A stretch of 64,000 nt of DNA from Dehalococcoidia bacterium (GCA_040882565.1 JBBEAZ010000030.1:3447-67446); one strand, 5' to 3'. Counted from the first letter of the stretch, positions 47,175 through 57,642 are shown. Numbers and translations: made by a program. Notes: generated by a model from the sequence alone, not told the origin.

Positions 47175-48023
47175 TTAGCCGGGAAGCCGGTAACGGGGAT
47201 ACGAGCCGAGGACGCGGAAGGTCGAACAGTGGCCCTGAATTTGTGCCAACGCTTCGGAGAGGGCAGGGTCGTTGCGGTGACCTGTCACATCGACGAGGAA
47301 GATGTACGTGCCGAGCTTCTCCCGGCTCGGGCGGGACTCAATCTTCGAGAGGTTGATCGACCGCGTGGCGAGTTCCTGAAGAGCGGCGACGAGCTGGCCC
47401 GGCCGGTCTTCGTTGGCGAAGGTGAAGGCGATGGAAGTCTTGTCGTCGCCGGTGGGCGCGTGGTCTTCGGTCGCGATCACGACGAAGCGCGTGTGATTCG
47501 GGCTACGGTCCTGAATCCCGGCGGCAACCACTTCGGCCCCATAGAACACTGCGGCGCGGCGGCTGGCGATCGCGGCAGCACCCGGCCTCGCCATTACCGC
47601 CTCGACAGCGGCGGCTGTGGAAAGTGCCGCCTCGATTTCAGCGTTGGGGAACTCGCGCTCGATGAAACCCCGGCACTGGGCAATCGCGATCGGGATCGAC
47701 TTGATGACGGTGATCTCATCAGCTTTGGTGCCGGGCCGGGCCAGGAGGAGGTTTTCGATGGGAAGCACAGTCTCGGCGTAGATGCGTAGCGGCGCTGTGG
47801 TGTGGACTAGCAGGTCAAGGGTCTCGTTGACGGCGCCTTCGAGGCTGTTCTCGATGGGCACGACGCCCTCGGCCGTCTCCCCGGCTGTAACGGAGTTGGC
47901 TACGGCGGTGATTGTGGGCATTGGCACGAGTTTGAAGCCGGCGCCCACCCGTTCCGCATAGGCGAGCGCGGCTTCCTCGGTGTTGGTACCGGGCGGGCCG
48001 AAATAGGCGAGGCGCTTGGTCAT
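47175..48023 (-). CDS. pheA: Prephenate dehydratase
   Basis: VPIENSLEG, NHTRF, NLSKIESRP. Confidence 0.95.
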   Translation of the reverse strand: MTKRLAYFGPPGTNTEEAALAYAERVGAGFKLVPMPTITAVANSVTAGETAEGVVPIENSLEGAVNETLDLLVHTTAPLRIYAETVLPIENLLLARPGTKADEITVIKSIPIAIAQCRGFIEREFPNAEIEAALSTAAAVEAVMARPGAAAIASRRAAVFYGAEVVAAGIQDRSPNHTRFVVIATEDHAPTGDDKTSIAFTFANEDRPGQLVAALQELATRSINLSKIESRPSREKLGTYIFLVDVTGHRNDPALSEALAQIQGHCSTFRVLGSYPRYRLPG

Positions 48024-48039
48024 GCCGGGATTGTACCGC

Positions 48040-48702
48040 TCAGGCGCTGGTCAGAACCTGACGCAGAGTGTCTTCGTTCTCGCGGCGGGCTACGGCGAGG
48101 ATTTCGTCTTCGGCGGAAATCACGGTCTCGCTTGACGGTACCCGTGGCACGCCGTCGCGACTGATGATCAGGACGACGAGTGATTCGTGAGGCAGCAGCA
48201 GGTCCTTGATCGCCTTGCCAACCGTGCGCGCCTGCGGCGGGATCTTGACGCCGACCAGCTCAAGGCCGCCTGCAAGCGCCAGCAGAGGGATCATCTGGTG
48301 GGTCGGCAGTTCCTGCTCAATCTGGGCGAGGATCGCGACGGTCGCGCTGATCGTGGTGTCGATACCCAGGCGTTTGAAGATCTCCTGGTTCTTGGGGTTG
48401 TTGATGCGGGCGATCGTGCGCGGGACGTTGAATTTCGTCTTCGCCAGCTGGCACGTCACGAGGTTGTCTTCATCGTCCCCGGTCACAGCGATGACCATGT
48501 CGGCACGGCCGAAGCCGGCGAGATCGGCGGTTGCAGCTTCACAGCCGTCGCCGCGGAGGACGATGTCGCCGAGCTCTTCGGCGATGCGCTCGCACTTCGC
48601 GCTGTCTTGCTCGATTATCAGGACTTCGTGGAGGGGGTCTCCCAGGAGTTCCTTGGCCAGGTAGTAGCCGACTTTCCCACCGCCGATGATGATGACGTAC
48701 AT
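48040..48702 (-). CDS. trkA: TrkA family RCK_N+RCK_C protein
   Basis: IGGGKVG, VTGDDEDN, ARINNP, C-terminal RCK_C. Confidence 0.9.
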   Translation of the reverse strand: MYVIIIGGGKVGYYLAKELLGDPLHEVLIIEQDSAKCERIAEELGDIVLRGDGCEAATADLAGFGRADMVIAVTGDDEDNLVTCQLAKTKFNVPRTIARINNPKNQEIFKRLGIDTTISATVAILAQIEQELPTHQMIPLLALAGGLELVGVKIPPQARTVGKAIKDLLLPHESLVVLIISRDGVPRVPSSETVISAEDEILAVARRENEDTLRQVLTSA

Positions 48703-49128
48703 CTAGGCCTCTCCCCCGCCTGGTTCAGACTTACCGATGAGGAGGTCGTGGAGCAGGTTTGCGCCGACGATCGTTGGGCTAATGGTTTCCAGGCCCATTT
48801 CCTCGTACATTTTCTCGCGGATCGGGTCGTAGATGCGGCAGAGCGTTCGAGGGACGCCGAAGATGTGCTTGGCGACCTGTGTTGAGAAGACGTTGCGGTT
48901 GTCGCCCTGCGTAACGGCGATGAACGCGTCCGCGTCGCCGATGCCGACGCGGGCGAGCACGTCCTGATCGATGCCGTTACCGATGTGCTTCTTGCCCTTG
49001 AAATCGACCGGTAGCCGACGGAAGGCGTCGGCGCGGGTGTCGAGAACCGTCACCTCGTGGCCCTCCTCCGACAGGCGGCCCGCCAGCGCCGAGCCAACAC
49101 GGCCACAGCCCATGATCACGACCTTCAT
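48703..49128 (-). CDS. TrkA-N only protein
   Basis: MGCGRVG, TQGDNRN, RIYDP. Confidence 0.88.
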   Translation of the reverse strand: MKVVIMGCGRVGSALAGRLSEEGHEVTVLDTRADAFRRLPVDFKGKKHIGNGIDQDVLARVGIGDADAFIAVTQGDNRNVFSTQVAKHIFGVPRTLCRIYDPIREKMYEEMGLETISPTIVGANLLHDLLIGKSEPGGGEA

Positions 49129-49592
49129 CAGGCCACTCCCTGCTTCGCTTCGCGCACGACGATTACCTGGCAAGGCGCGTGATCGATCACGTATTTTGCC
49201 TTTCGCCCCAGCTCAAACTCCCCGAGCGCCATTTCGTAGTCGACTCCCATCACAATTGCGCTCACGCCGCGCTCGACGGCTTCGTCGACGATGGCGTGAG
49301 CAGCGTCGCGTGCCTGAAGGATCTCTCCTTCGACCTTCGCATCAACAGCATCCGCGATCTCTTCCGCTTGCACGAGAACTGATTCCGCCTTCTGCGCATC
49401 GGCGTCCAACTCCGCGTCGAGGGCCATCGTGCGAGCTACTTCGATCACGTAGACAGCGTAGACCTTGCCCTTGTTGCGCTTGGCGAGCCCGCAGGCGAGG
49501 GCCAGCGCATCGTAGCCGGGAGGGGCGCCGTCCACCGGCACCAGTATGTCTTGGACGCGCTGAGAAGGAAACTGCAAAGGCGAACCGCTCAA
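49128..49592 (-). CDS. Universal stress protein
   Basis: ILVPVDG, IVMG, APCQVIVV. Confidence 0.88.
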   Translation of the reverse strand: MSGSPLQFPSQRVQDILVPVDGAPPGYDALALACGLAKRNKGKVYAVYVIEVARTMALDAELDADAQKAESVLVQAEEIADAVDAKVEGEILQARDAAHAIVDEAVERGVSAIVMGVDYEMALGEFELGRKAKYVIDHAPCQVIVVREAKQGVA

Positions 49593-49642
49593 TGATTAAC
49601 GCAACGAATTATAAGGACGCAGCAGAGGCTCAAGCAACGCCG

Positions 49643-51178
49643 TCAGTGTCTGAAGGCGCGTGTACCGGTAAACACCATGGCGACGCCGTACTCGTCGCAG
49701 ACCTCGATCGCCTCGTCGTCTCGCGCTCCTCCGCCCGGCTGAATGATCGCGGAGACGCCGGCACGGCAGGCGTCTTCGACAGCATCGCCGCGGGCAAACG
49801 GGAAGAACGCATCGGAAGCCATCACGCTGCCTTGGATGCGTTCGCCGGCGTTCTCGATTGCGCGCCGCGTGGGCCAGAGACGGTTCGGCTGGCCACCGCC
49901 GATGCCAATGGTTGCGTGGTCTTTGGCGATGACGACGGCGTTCGACTTCACGTGCTTGACGCAAGTCCAGGCGAAGCGGAGTTCGTCTGCCTCGGCGTTG
50001 GTTGGCGGTCGCTTCGTGACGGATCGCAACTCGAGATCGGAGCCGCGGGCGCGGTCTGGCTCGTGGGCGAGCATCCCACCGAGTAGCATGCGGTATTCGA
50101 TATCGGGATAGGCGCGGTCCGCGGACGCCATCTGGAGGATGCGCAGGTCCTGGCGCTTGCGCAGGCGTTCGAGCGCGTGGCCCTCGTAATCAGGTGCCGC
50201 GATGATGTCGTAGCGTTTGCCCTTCATCGCTTCGGTCATGTCCCAGGTGACAGGCCGATTGACGGCGATGATGCCACCAAAGGGAGAGATTGGGTCGGAA
50301 TCGTAGGCGCGCTGGTAGGCGACGGCCATGTCTTTGTGCGAAGCGATGCCACAGGGTGTGCCGTGCTTGACGATGACAACCGCCGGCTCGTCGAAGTCGA
50401 TCGCGCAGCGCCAGGCGGCATCCGCGTCGAAGTAGTTCAGGTACGACATCTCGAGGCCGTGCAGTTGCTCGGCGCCTACGACGCCTTTGGGAGCGCCCGG
50501 CGATGGGTCGCGGTAGACGGCGCCGCGCTGGTGGGGGTTTTCGCCGTAGCGCGTGTCGGCGACTTTGTCGAGGCCGATCGTGAGTTCGCGAGGGAATAGC
50601 TGGTCGCTATCGCGAAGATACCGGGCGATCATCGTGTCATAGGCAGCGACGTGCTGGAAGGCCTTAGCCGCGAGGCGCTTGCGGTAATCCAGCGGGAGTT
50701 GCTCCGTCGCCAGGTGTTCGAGCGCGTCGCTATAGTCGTCCGGGTCGACCAGCACTAGAACCGAGGGGTGGTTCTTGGCCGCGGCGCGGATCATCGTTGG
50801 CCCGCCGATGTCGATGTTCTCGAGCGCGTCCGCGATCGTTACGCCGGGCTTGGCGATGGTCTCGCGAAAGGGATAGAGGTTGGCGCAGACGATATCGATG
50901 GGCGCGATGCCGTGCTCTGCGAGCTGGGCCATGTGGGCCGGCAAGTCGCGTCGGGCCAGGATGCCGGCGTGGACTGCCGGGTGCAGCGTCTTCACGCGGC
51001 CGTCGAGCACTTCGGGGAAGCCGGTCAGTGCCGACACCGGCTGAACGGCGACGCCCACCTCAGAGAGGTGATTGCGCGTGCCGCCTGTGGAGTAGATTTC
51101 GTAGCCCATTTCGACGAGGCGCTGTGCGAATTCGGTAAGGCCGGTTTTGTCGTGTGGAGCGAGGATCGCGACGGGCAT
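49643..51178 (-). CDS. purH: Bifunctional AICAR transformylase/IMP cyclohydrolase
   Basis: [34 protein letters not shown]. Confidence 0.96.
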   Translation of the reverse strand: MPVAILAPHDKTGLTEFAQRLVEMGYEIYSTGGTRNHLSEVGVAVQPVSALTGFPEVLDGRVKTLHPAVHAGILARRDLPAHMAQLAEHGIAPIDIVCANLYPFRETIAKPGVTIADALENIDIGGPTMIRAAAKNHPSVLVLVDPDDYSDALEHLATEQLPLDYRKRLAAKAFQHVAAYDTMIARYLRDSDQLFPRELTIGLDKVADTRYGENPHQRGAVYRDPSPGAPKGVVGAEQLHGLEMSYLNYFDADAAWRCAIDFDEPAVVIVKHGTPCGIASHKDMAVAYQRAYDSDPISPFGGIIAVNRPVTWDMTEAMKGKRYDIIAAPDYEGHALERLRKRQDLRILQMASADRAYPDIEYRMLLGGMLAHEPDRARGSDLELRSVTKRPPTNAEADELRFAWTCVKHVKSNAVVIAKDHATIGIGGGQPNRLWPTRRAIENAGERIQGSVMASDAFFPFARGDAVEDACRAGVSAIIQPGGGARDDEAIEVCDEYGVAMVFTGTRAFRH

Positions 51179-51181
51179 TTG

Positions 51182-51640
51182 TTAGCCCTGGATATCGCCC
51201 TTAGCGGCCTCGTCGTACTCTTCGAACTCGGCCTCTTCCCAGACCTCGGAGAACTCGGCGGCGATCTCTTCGTCGACCTCGCCCGTGCCGTCGCAGAGGG
51301 GACAGGTGACCGCGCCGGCGGTACCCTCCGTCATGCCCTGGTATTCCATGAGGCTGCCTTCTTCTACCCAGACGTACGTGCGGTCCGGGTCGTAGTCGAG
51401 GCCGGGGATGGGATGGCCCTTGCCGTCTTCCTCGACGATCAGAACCTCATCCATCGCGCCGGCGTGGTCGCGGAAGAAGGCGTCGAGAGCCTGCGAGGCG
51501 CCGGGCGCTTCGACAGTCTCCTCCCATTCGGTCTCGCTGAAGACCTCTCCCCTGGAGCCGATTGCTGCACGCGGGTCGAGCCTCACGTTGTCGGAGTCTT
51601 TGGGTTTGCGTTCGAGATAGAAGACGCGGAACGTGGGCAT
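51182..51640 (-). CDS. Acidic hypothetical protein with a single CxxCxGxG
   Basis: 152-aa ORF packed in the operon; CPLCDGTG. Confidence 0.7.
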   Translation of the reverse strand: MPTFRVFYLERKPKDSDNVRLDPRAAIGSRGEVFSETEWEETVEAPGASQALDAFFRDHAGAMDEVLIVEEDGKGHPIPGLDYDPDRTYVWVEEGSLMEYQGMTEGTAGAVTCPLCDGTGEVDEEIAAEFSEVWEEAEFEEYDEAAKGDIQG

Positions 51641-51643
51641 GGG

Positions 51644-52003
51644 CTAGAGGAGCAGCAGCTCGGCATCGATCAAGGTTTGCGAACCGGGATCGACGGCGAA
51701 TCCCATGCCTTCGAGTGTAGTGACGCCTATCAGGACGCCGGGATACGCGTCGCTAACGAGGACGAAGGACACGAGGTCCTTGCCCTGTATCTGAATCCAC
51801 GCATACGAGTGGTCCAGTGATTGTGGACCGGTGGCCGTGCGCACCCTGGTCTGACCAACAATGTCCAGCTGGAGCTGTTCCGCCAGGGCTCTGGGAACCG
51901 TAGTCCAGGTTGCTCCCGTGTCGACGAGCGCTTCCTTCACGTCAATCGCTTCGTCGCGCCGGGCAGGGTTGGCAAGCTTCAGATCGACTCTCACGTGCCC
52001 CAT
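51644..52003 (-). CDS. Clan AA retropepsin-like aspartic protease
   Basis: ALVDTGAT, LIGVTTLE, VDP. Confidence 0.88.
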   Translation of the reverse strand: MGHVRVDLKLANPARRDEAIDVKEALVDTGATWTTVPRALAEQLQLDIVGQTRVRTATGPQSLDHSYAWIQIQGKDLVSFVLVSDAYPGVLIGVTTLEGMGFAVDPGSQTLIDAELLLL

Positions 52004-53052
52004 TCTACCCCTTGACCGCTCACGACCTCGCCGATCACCCATGACTCCGCCAACTGGCGGGCGACGTCTGTTGCATCCTCAGGGGGAACGGCGACGATGA
52101 TGCCAACGCCCATGTTGAATGCGCGGAACATCTCGGGCTCTTCGATGGCTCCTGTCTCCTGGATAAGGCGGAAGAGCGCCGGGACGTGCCAGGAGCTACG
52201 GTCCAACCTGGCTCCTAGGCCCTTTGGGAGGATGCGCGGGAGGTTGCCGGGGATGCCGCCGCCGGTGATGTGCGCGATGCCTCGCAGCTTGGCCAGCACC
52301 GGCCGCAGGGCGGCGAGGTAGAGCCGGTGCGGCACGAGTAAAGCATCGCCGAGGGTGCCCTCGAGGCCGGGGTAGTTGCGATTGAGAGAGGCGCGTTCCG
52401 CAGCAAGATCGCCGCCCATGCCGACGTTGAAGAGGCGGCGTACCAGCGAGTAACCGTTGGTGTGCAGGCCGTTCGAGGGCAGAGCGAGCAGTACGTCCCC
52501 TTCACGGATGGCTGAGCCGTCGATGATCACGTCGCGCTCGACGATACCGACGACGAAGCCGACGAGGTCGAAGTCTCCGTCGGCGTAAGTGCCGGGCATG
52601 TCGGCCGTCTCGCCGCCAAGAAGCGCGGCGCCCGCATCGCGGCAGGCTTCGACGCAGCCGCGGACGAGATCCGCCTTGGCGTCGTCCGTGAGGCCGCAAT
52701 TGCCGATGTAGTCGAGGAAGAATAGTGGCTCAGCGCCGGTCGTCAGGACGTCGTTCACGCAGTGATTGACGAGGTCGTGCCCGACGCTGTCGTAGCGGCC
52801 GAGAACGACCGCGATCTTGACCTTGGTGCCGACGCTGTCGGTGCTGGCGACCAGCACCGGGTCCTTGTAGTGGCCAAGCTTGAAGAGCCCGGCGAAGGGG
52901 CCGATGTCCGCAAGAACCTCGGGCCGCCGTGCCGACTTGGCGAGATCAGCGAAGCGGTTGATAAGGGCTTCGGCTGCGTCGATATCGACGCCGGCTTTAG
53001 CGTATGCACCTTGCCCGTCCGGGCCACGAAGGTCTGGCTTGCGGCTCGTCAC
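51991..53052 (-). CDS. purM: Phosphoribosylformylglycinamidine cyclo-ligase
   Basis: YAKAGVDI, STDSVGTK, GGETA, SNGLHTNGYSL, FNMGVG. Confidence 0.96.
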   Translation of the reverse strand: MTSRKPDLRGPDGQGAYAKAGVDIDAAEALINRFADLAKSARRPEVLADIGPFAGLFKLGHYKDPVLVASTDSVGTKVKIAVVLGRYDSVGHDLVNHCVNDVLTTGAEPLFFLDYIGNCGLTDDAKADLVRGCVEACRDAGAALLGGETADMPGTYADGDFDLVGFVVGIVERDVIIDGSAIREGDVLLALPSNGLHTNGYSLVRRLFNVGMGGDLAAERASLNRNYPGLEGTLGDALLVPHRLYLAALRPVLAKLRGIAHITGGGIPGNLPRILPKGLGARLDRSSWHVPALFRLIQETGAIEEPEMFRAFNMGVGIIVAVPPEDATDVARQLAESWVIGEVVSGQGVEWGT

Positions 53053-54464
53053 ACGGTCGGTTTGATGTTCTGGTTCAGGCGGAAGAAGTTCGTCGGGTCG
53101 TACTTGTTCTTGAGAGCGACCATGCGATCGTATTTCGGACCGAAGCTGTCGCGCACGCGCTCTTCGTCTTCGTCCGCCAGGTAGTTCAGGTACGTGCCCT
53201 TCTGCGCGAATGGCTCACCGACGGCGGTGAGGTCTCGTACCCATTGGATCTGCTCCTCGTCCTGCGCCGGGTCCGTCCAGGTGCCGAGCGCGTGCAGCGC
53301 CCACTTGGCTTTGCGCCAGCCCATCGCCGAGGCTTCCTCGTCGACGCGGTGCACCTGGCCGCCGAGCGGCTGGATCAGGACCGTGGTGAGTGGCGACACC
53401 GGCGGTACCTCGGCCGCGTCCACAATCGCGTCGATGAGCTCGTCCGGCAGTTCCGGGTACATGTCTGCTTTCCAGTACTGCCGCCGTCCGGGCGGGTTGC
53501 CTTCCGTGAGCAGGTCCTGCAACGCAACGTACGGCATCGGCTGGCACATGTTGAGGACGGGGTTCAGGTCCAGCAGCGGCTTGATCGCCTCCGGCCCCTT
53601 CTCCGGCTCTCCCGTGTAGCAGACGATGATGCCCAGGACGAACATGCCGCGTACTGGCGGCGGGATCGGTTCCATGTCCGGTGCCGTGATGAGGGCCACT
53701 CCGCCACCCAGGTTGTCGTCGGCGGTCTCGATGAAGTCTCGGTAGGCGCGGATGACCTGCTTGGCCATGAAACGCGGAAATCCGAGCATGCCGCCGTAGA
53801 CGATCGGGCCGATCTTGTGCAGCTTGTACTTGAACTTGGTGACGATGCCGAAGTTGCCGCCACCGCCGCGGAGGCCCCAGAAGAGCTCCGTGTTCTCGCT
53901 CTCGCTGGCCTGCACGACGCTTCCGTCGGCTGTAACGATTTCGACGCCGAGGAGGTTGTCGACCGTGTAACCGAGCTTCCGCTCGAGCCAGCCGGAGCCG
54001 CTGCCGAGCGTGAGGCCGGCAATGCCAGTGGTGGGGTTACGGCCACCGGTGACGGCGAGGCCGTGCTCCTGTGTGGCCGCGTCAAACTCACCCCAGCGCA
54101 CGCCACCACCGGCGACGACGGTCTGTGCAGCCGCGTCAATTTCGATCGAGTTCAGGAGCCCCAGATCGATCATCAGGCCACCTTCGCACACGGAGTGACC
54201 GGACGCCGCGTGGCCACCACCCTTTACGGAGACGAGCAGCCCGTGCTCGCGCGCAAAGACCACCGCGCGCTGCACGTCGGCGGTGTCTGCCGGGCGGGCA
54301 ATCAGCCCGGGGCGGCGGTCGATCATGCCGTTGAAGATCGACCGGCACGCGTCATACTGAGCGTCGCCGGACTCCAGGACCTCGCCGCGGAAGCTCTCGC
54401 GGAACGACTTGACGTCTGATTCGGGGACGGAATTACCAGAGGTATTGGTCAGTGTTTGTACCAA
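53049..54464 (-). CDS. FAD-binding oxidoreductase (BBE / 6-HDNO-like)
   Basis: KGGGH, GLTLGSG, LRGGGGNFG, KYDPTNFFRLNQNI. Confidence 0.92.
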   Translation of the reverse strand: MVQTLTNTSGNSVPESDVKSFRESFRGEVLESGDAQYDACRSIFNGMIDRRPGLIARPADTADVQRAVVFAREHGLLVSVKGGGHAASGHSVCEGGLMIDLGLLNSIEIDAAAQTVVAGGGVRWGEFDAATQEHGLAVTGGRNPTTGIAGLTLGSGSGWLERKLGYTVDNLLGVEIVTADGSVVQASESENTELFWGLRGGGGNFGIVTKFKYKLHKIGPIVYGGMLGFPRFMAKQVIRAYRDFIETADDNLGGGVALITAPDMEPIPPPVRGMFVLGIIVCYTGEPEKGPEAIKPLLDLNPVLNMCQPMPYVALQDLLTEGNPPGRRQYWKADMYPELPDELIDAIVDAAEVPPVSPLTTVLIQPLGGQVHRVDEEASAMGWRKAKWALHALGTWTDPAQDEEQIQWVRDLTAVGEPFAQKGTYLNYLADEDEERVRDSFGPKYDRMVALKNKYDPTNFFRLNQNIKPTV

Positions 54465-54524
54465 GGGGACGGTCCTCCTTCTAAGCTGGGCGAACCATAT
54501 TTTACGCGGTCGCTGAAGCAGCGA

Positions 54525-55997
54525 CTAGCGGGGACGGTCGCTAATGTTTTCCGAGGTTGGAGCAGCTGTTACCGGCACGCGCTTGCCGCCCCTGCCGGGC
54601 CGTTCGAAGACCAGCTTGTCCATCTGCAGTTGGACCGGCATCGGGTACTCACCGGTGAAGCAGGCCGTGCAGAAGGAGTCCTTGGGCTGCTCGACCGCGC
54701 GCATCAGCCCATCGAGCGAGAGGTACGCGAGCGAGTCGGCGCCGATGTGCTGGCGGATGCCCTCGACTTCCTGGCTAGAGGCTATCAACTCCCACTGCGT
54801 CGCCATGTCGATCCCGAAGTGGCAGGGGTGCATGATCGGCGGCGCGCAGATGCGCATGTGCACTTCCGTGGCGCCGGCCTTGCGCAGCATCTCGACGACC
54901 TTCGGCGTCGTCGTGCCACGGACAATCGAGTCATCGACAACGACGAGACGCTTGCCGGTGATGACCTGCTGTAGGGGATTGAACTTCAAGTAGACGCCCT
55001 GGTCGCGGAGGCGCTGGTCGGGCTTGATGAAGGTGCGACCGACGTAGCGGTTCTTGACGAGGCCTTCGGCGTACTCGATGCCGGACTCGTTGGCGTAACC
55101 GATGGCCGCCGCCGTAGCGGAGTCAGGTACGCCGATCACAAGGTCTGCGTCGACCGGGGCTTCGCGGGACAGCTCGCGGCCCATGTTCGCGCGTAGCGGG
55201 TGCAACAGCTTGCCGCGGATCACGCTGTCGGGCCGGGCGAAGTAGATGTACTCGAAGACGCAGAGAGCGTCCTTCCGCCGCTCCAGCGCCTGAGTCGCGT
55301 GCAGACCATCCGCGTCAACGACGACCACCTCGCCAGGGTCAACTTCGCGTACGAACTGGGCGCCGAGGTGGTCGAGAGCGCAGGTCTCGGAGGCGATGAC
55401 CCACCCGCCGCCGTTGATGCGGCCGATGCTCAACGGGCGGACGCCGTACGGGTCGCGCATGGCGATTACAGAGTCCGGTGTGAGCGCTATGAAGCAGTAG
55501 GCACCGGACATCACCTTCATGGTGGCGCCGGCGCGCTCGAGCCAGTTGTCGCCGGGGGCCGACGCGAGCAGACGTGCCGCGACTTCACTGTCTGTGGAAG
55601 TGGCGAATGAAGTGCCGTCGTCCTCCATGTCGTCGCGGAGGACGTCGGCGTTGATCAGGTTGCCGTTGTGAGCAAGGGCGAGCGGGCCGTTGCTGCCCTC
55701 GACGTAGACGGGTTGTGCATTCTCCTGGCGGCTGGAACCGGTGGTGGAGTAGCGAGTGTGCCCGATGGCGACGTGGCCGGGCAGATGGCCAAGATCGTGC
55801 TCCTCGAAGACTTGCGAGACGAGGCCCATGCCGGTGCGAATGTGGAGGGTCTTGCCATCGCCGGTCGCGATGCCGGCGCTTTCCTGGCCGCGGTGCTGGA
55901 GGGCGAAAATCCCGTAGAAGGTGAGGCGGGCTACTTCTTCACCGGGCGCGTAAACTCCGAAGACGCCGCACTTGTCCTTCCAGGAGTTGCTATGCAT
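54525..55997 (-). CDS. purF: Amidophosphoribosyltransferase
   Basis: CGVFG after propeptide, QHRGQ, GHTRYST, VDDSIVRGTT, CTACF. Confidence 0.96.
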   Translation of the reverse strand: MHSNSWKDKCGVFGVYAPGEEVARLTFYGIFALQHRGQESAGIATGDGKTLHIRTGMGLVSQVFEEHDLGHLPGHVAIGHTRYSTTGSSRQENAQPVYVEGSNGPLALAHNGNLINADVLRDDMEDDGTSFATSTDSEVAARLLASAPGDNWLERAGATMKVMSGAYCFIALTPDSVIAMRDPYGVRPLSIGRINGGGWVIASETCALDHLGAQFVREVDPGEVVVVDADGLHATQALERRKDALCVFEYIYFARPDSVIRGKLLHPLRANMGRELSREAPVDADLVIGVPDSATAAAIGYANESGIEYAEGLVKNRYVGRTFIKPDQRLRDQGVYLKFNPLQQVITGKRLVVVDDSIVRGTTTPKVVEMLRKAGATEVHMRICAPPIMHPCHFGIDMATQWELIASSQEVEGIRQHIGADSLAYLSLDGLMRAVEQPKDSFCTACFTGEYPMPVQLQMDKLVFERPGRGGKRVPVTAAPTSENISDRPR

Positions 55998-56116
55998 GCA
56001 CACGACCCGACAAACGGGTGACAGGGGCGCCTGACGTTGGGTCCTTCACGGCAAACATAAGCTGCCAGATGGCACCGCAATTGTAGCATCGCGGTTACGT
56101 TGGGACAAACTCAGCA

Positions 56117-56517
56117 TCAGGCGCTGCGGGGCGTTCGTCCGGCAACAAACGAAGCGATCATCGAGAGTAATCCTCCGGCGATGGCGGTGGGAATAGCGAT
56201 GATCATCAAGAACCAGCTCATAAGGAAAATTCCGCCAGTAGTGCTCGGGCAGAAGCCATCACAATCGGGCCCCTCGTATCGAGGTCACCGGACGCGGCCT
56301 CGTACGCGATCATCGGCACCGCGATCACGCCTACGGTGGCTAGTGCGTCGGTGAACAGCGCGACAAAGGGTGGGTGCCTTAGGGCGACGACGAGAGCAAT
56401 GGCGATCGCGACAGGTACAAGCAGGAACCCGCCCCACCAACCGGTTTCGAACAACGCGTAGAGCACGACGGCAATTGTGACTGCGGGGAGGAGAATACGA
56501 GCGACGCTCACCCACAT
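56117..56517 (-). pseudogene. Membrane protein with probable single-base frameshift at ~56283
   Basis: MWVSVARILL... continues in another frame as YEGPDCDGFCPSTTGGIFLMSWFLMIIAIPTAIAGG...RSA*. Confidence 0.55.
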
Positions 56518-56521
56518 GCCA

Positions 56522-56926
56522 CTATTGTAGCGTCGCCTGTAAGCGGCGGTGCCAGGTGCGGATGCACTCGTCCATGACGACTTCGAGGCCGGCGGCGCGT
56601 GCGTTCGCCGCCGCTTCCTTGTTGATGATGCCCTGTTGCATCCAGACGGCCTTCGCGCCGGCTGCGATAGCGTCGGCGACGACCGCCCCGACGTATTCGG
56701 GACGACGGAAGATGTCCACGATTTCGACTTGCTCCGGGATCGAAACGATGTCGGAGTATGCCTTCTCACCGAGGACCTGCGTCTCGTTTGGGTTTACGGG
56801 GATGATGCGATACCCGGCGTCCTGCATGTACTTGGCGACGCTGTAAGCAGGGAGGGCGTCGTTGTTGGATAGGCCGACGACGGCAATCGTTTTGTACTTG
56901 CAGAGGATGTCGGCTTCTGCGCTCAC
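56522..56926 (-). CDS. CoA-binding protein (YccU-like)
   Basis: TIAVVGLS, IPVNP, VDIFR, VWMQQG, VMDEC. Confidence 0.92.
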   Translation of the reverse strand: MSAEADILCKYKTIAVVGLSNNDALPAYSVAKYMQDAGYRIIPVNPNETQVLGEKAYSDIVSIPEQVEIVDIFRRPEYVGAVVADAIAAGAKAVWMQQGIINKEAAANARAAGLEVVMDECIRTWHRRLQATLQ

Positions 56927-57561
56927 GTCGTTTGCTCGGCTACTTCCGGCGCTGTTTCTGCGTCCAGCTCCGTCTCGGCGGTGATCACGACACTGCTGGC
57001 GGTCATCGCCGCGATCGCCTCGGCGGCGTCGAAGGCTCGGTCCCAGCCTTCGTCGACGAGGCCAGTGGAGTTGCCGGCGACGACCTGGGCAATCGGCAGC
57101 CGCTTGCCGTTTTCCTTGACGAGGATGATGTCCCAGGCGCGGAAGTCGAGTGGCGGGCGCGGGCCGGCTGTGACCTCGCCGAGGTCGAAGTCGGCGATCT
57201 CGATGTGGGCGATCTTCCAGAAGGGGACGAGCTCCATCGTGCCGATGCCGAGGCCGAGCACGCCTTGCTGAAAGCGCACCGATTGCTTGGCTTTCTCGAC
57301 GACGACCGCTGCTCCGATGACCGAGTAGATGAGACCCATTCCGGCAAATGGGGCCAGCAAGAGTCCGGGGATCAACAGCAAGGCGAGCGCCGTGACCGAC
57401 AGACTGTCCGCGAAAAGGACGACGCAGGCGAAGAGGCCGAGGGCGATCAACAGAGCGCCCAACGGGAACATGACTGCCCCGCGTTCCGGACGCAGGTCGA
57501 TCCGCTCGTGGCGGACGACGAGTACGCGGCGGTCGAGGGGGATGCGCTTGACGTCGCTCAT
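56923..57561 (-). CDS. Hypothetical 2-TM membrane protein
   Basis: Two TM helices then a beta-rich domain; stop overlaps next start. Confidence 0.7.
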   Translation of the reverse strand: MSDVKRIPLDRRVLVVRHERIDLRPERGAVMFPLGALLIALGLFACVVLFADSLSVTALALLLIPGLLLAPFAGMGLIYSVIGAAVVVEKAKQSVRFQQGVLGLGIGTMELVPFWKIAHIEIADFDLGEVTAGPRPPLDFRAWDIILVKENGKRLPIAQVVAGNSTGLVDEGWDRAFDAAEAIAAMTASSVVITAETELDAETAPEVAEQTT

Positions 57562-57642
57562 GCCACTTCAATTGTATCGAGCGGCTGCGCCGGTCGCCCG
57601 TTTGACTGCCTACCGGGGCAGACTTAGAATCGAACGCGAGCT

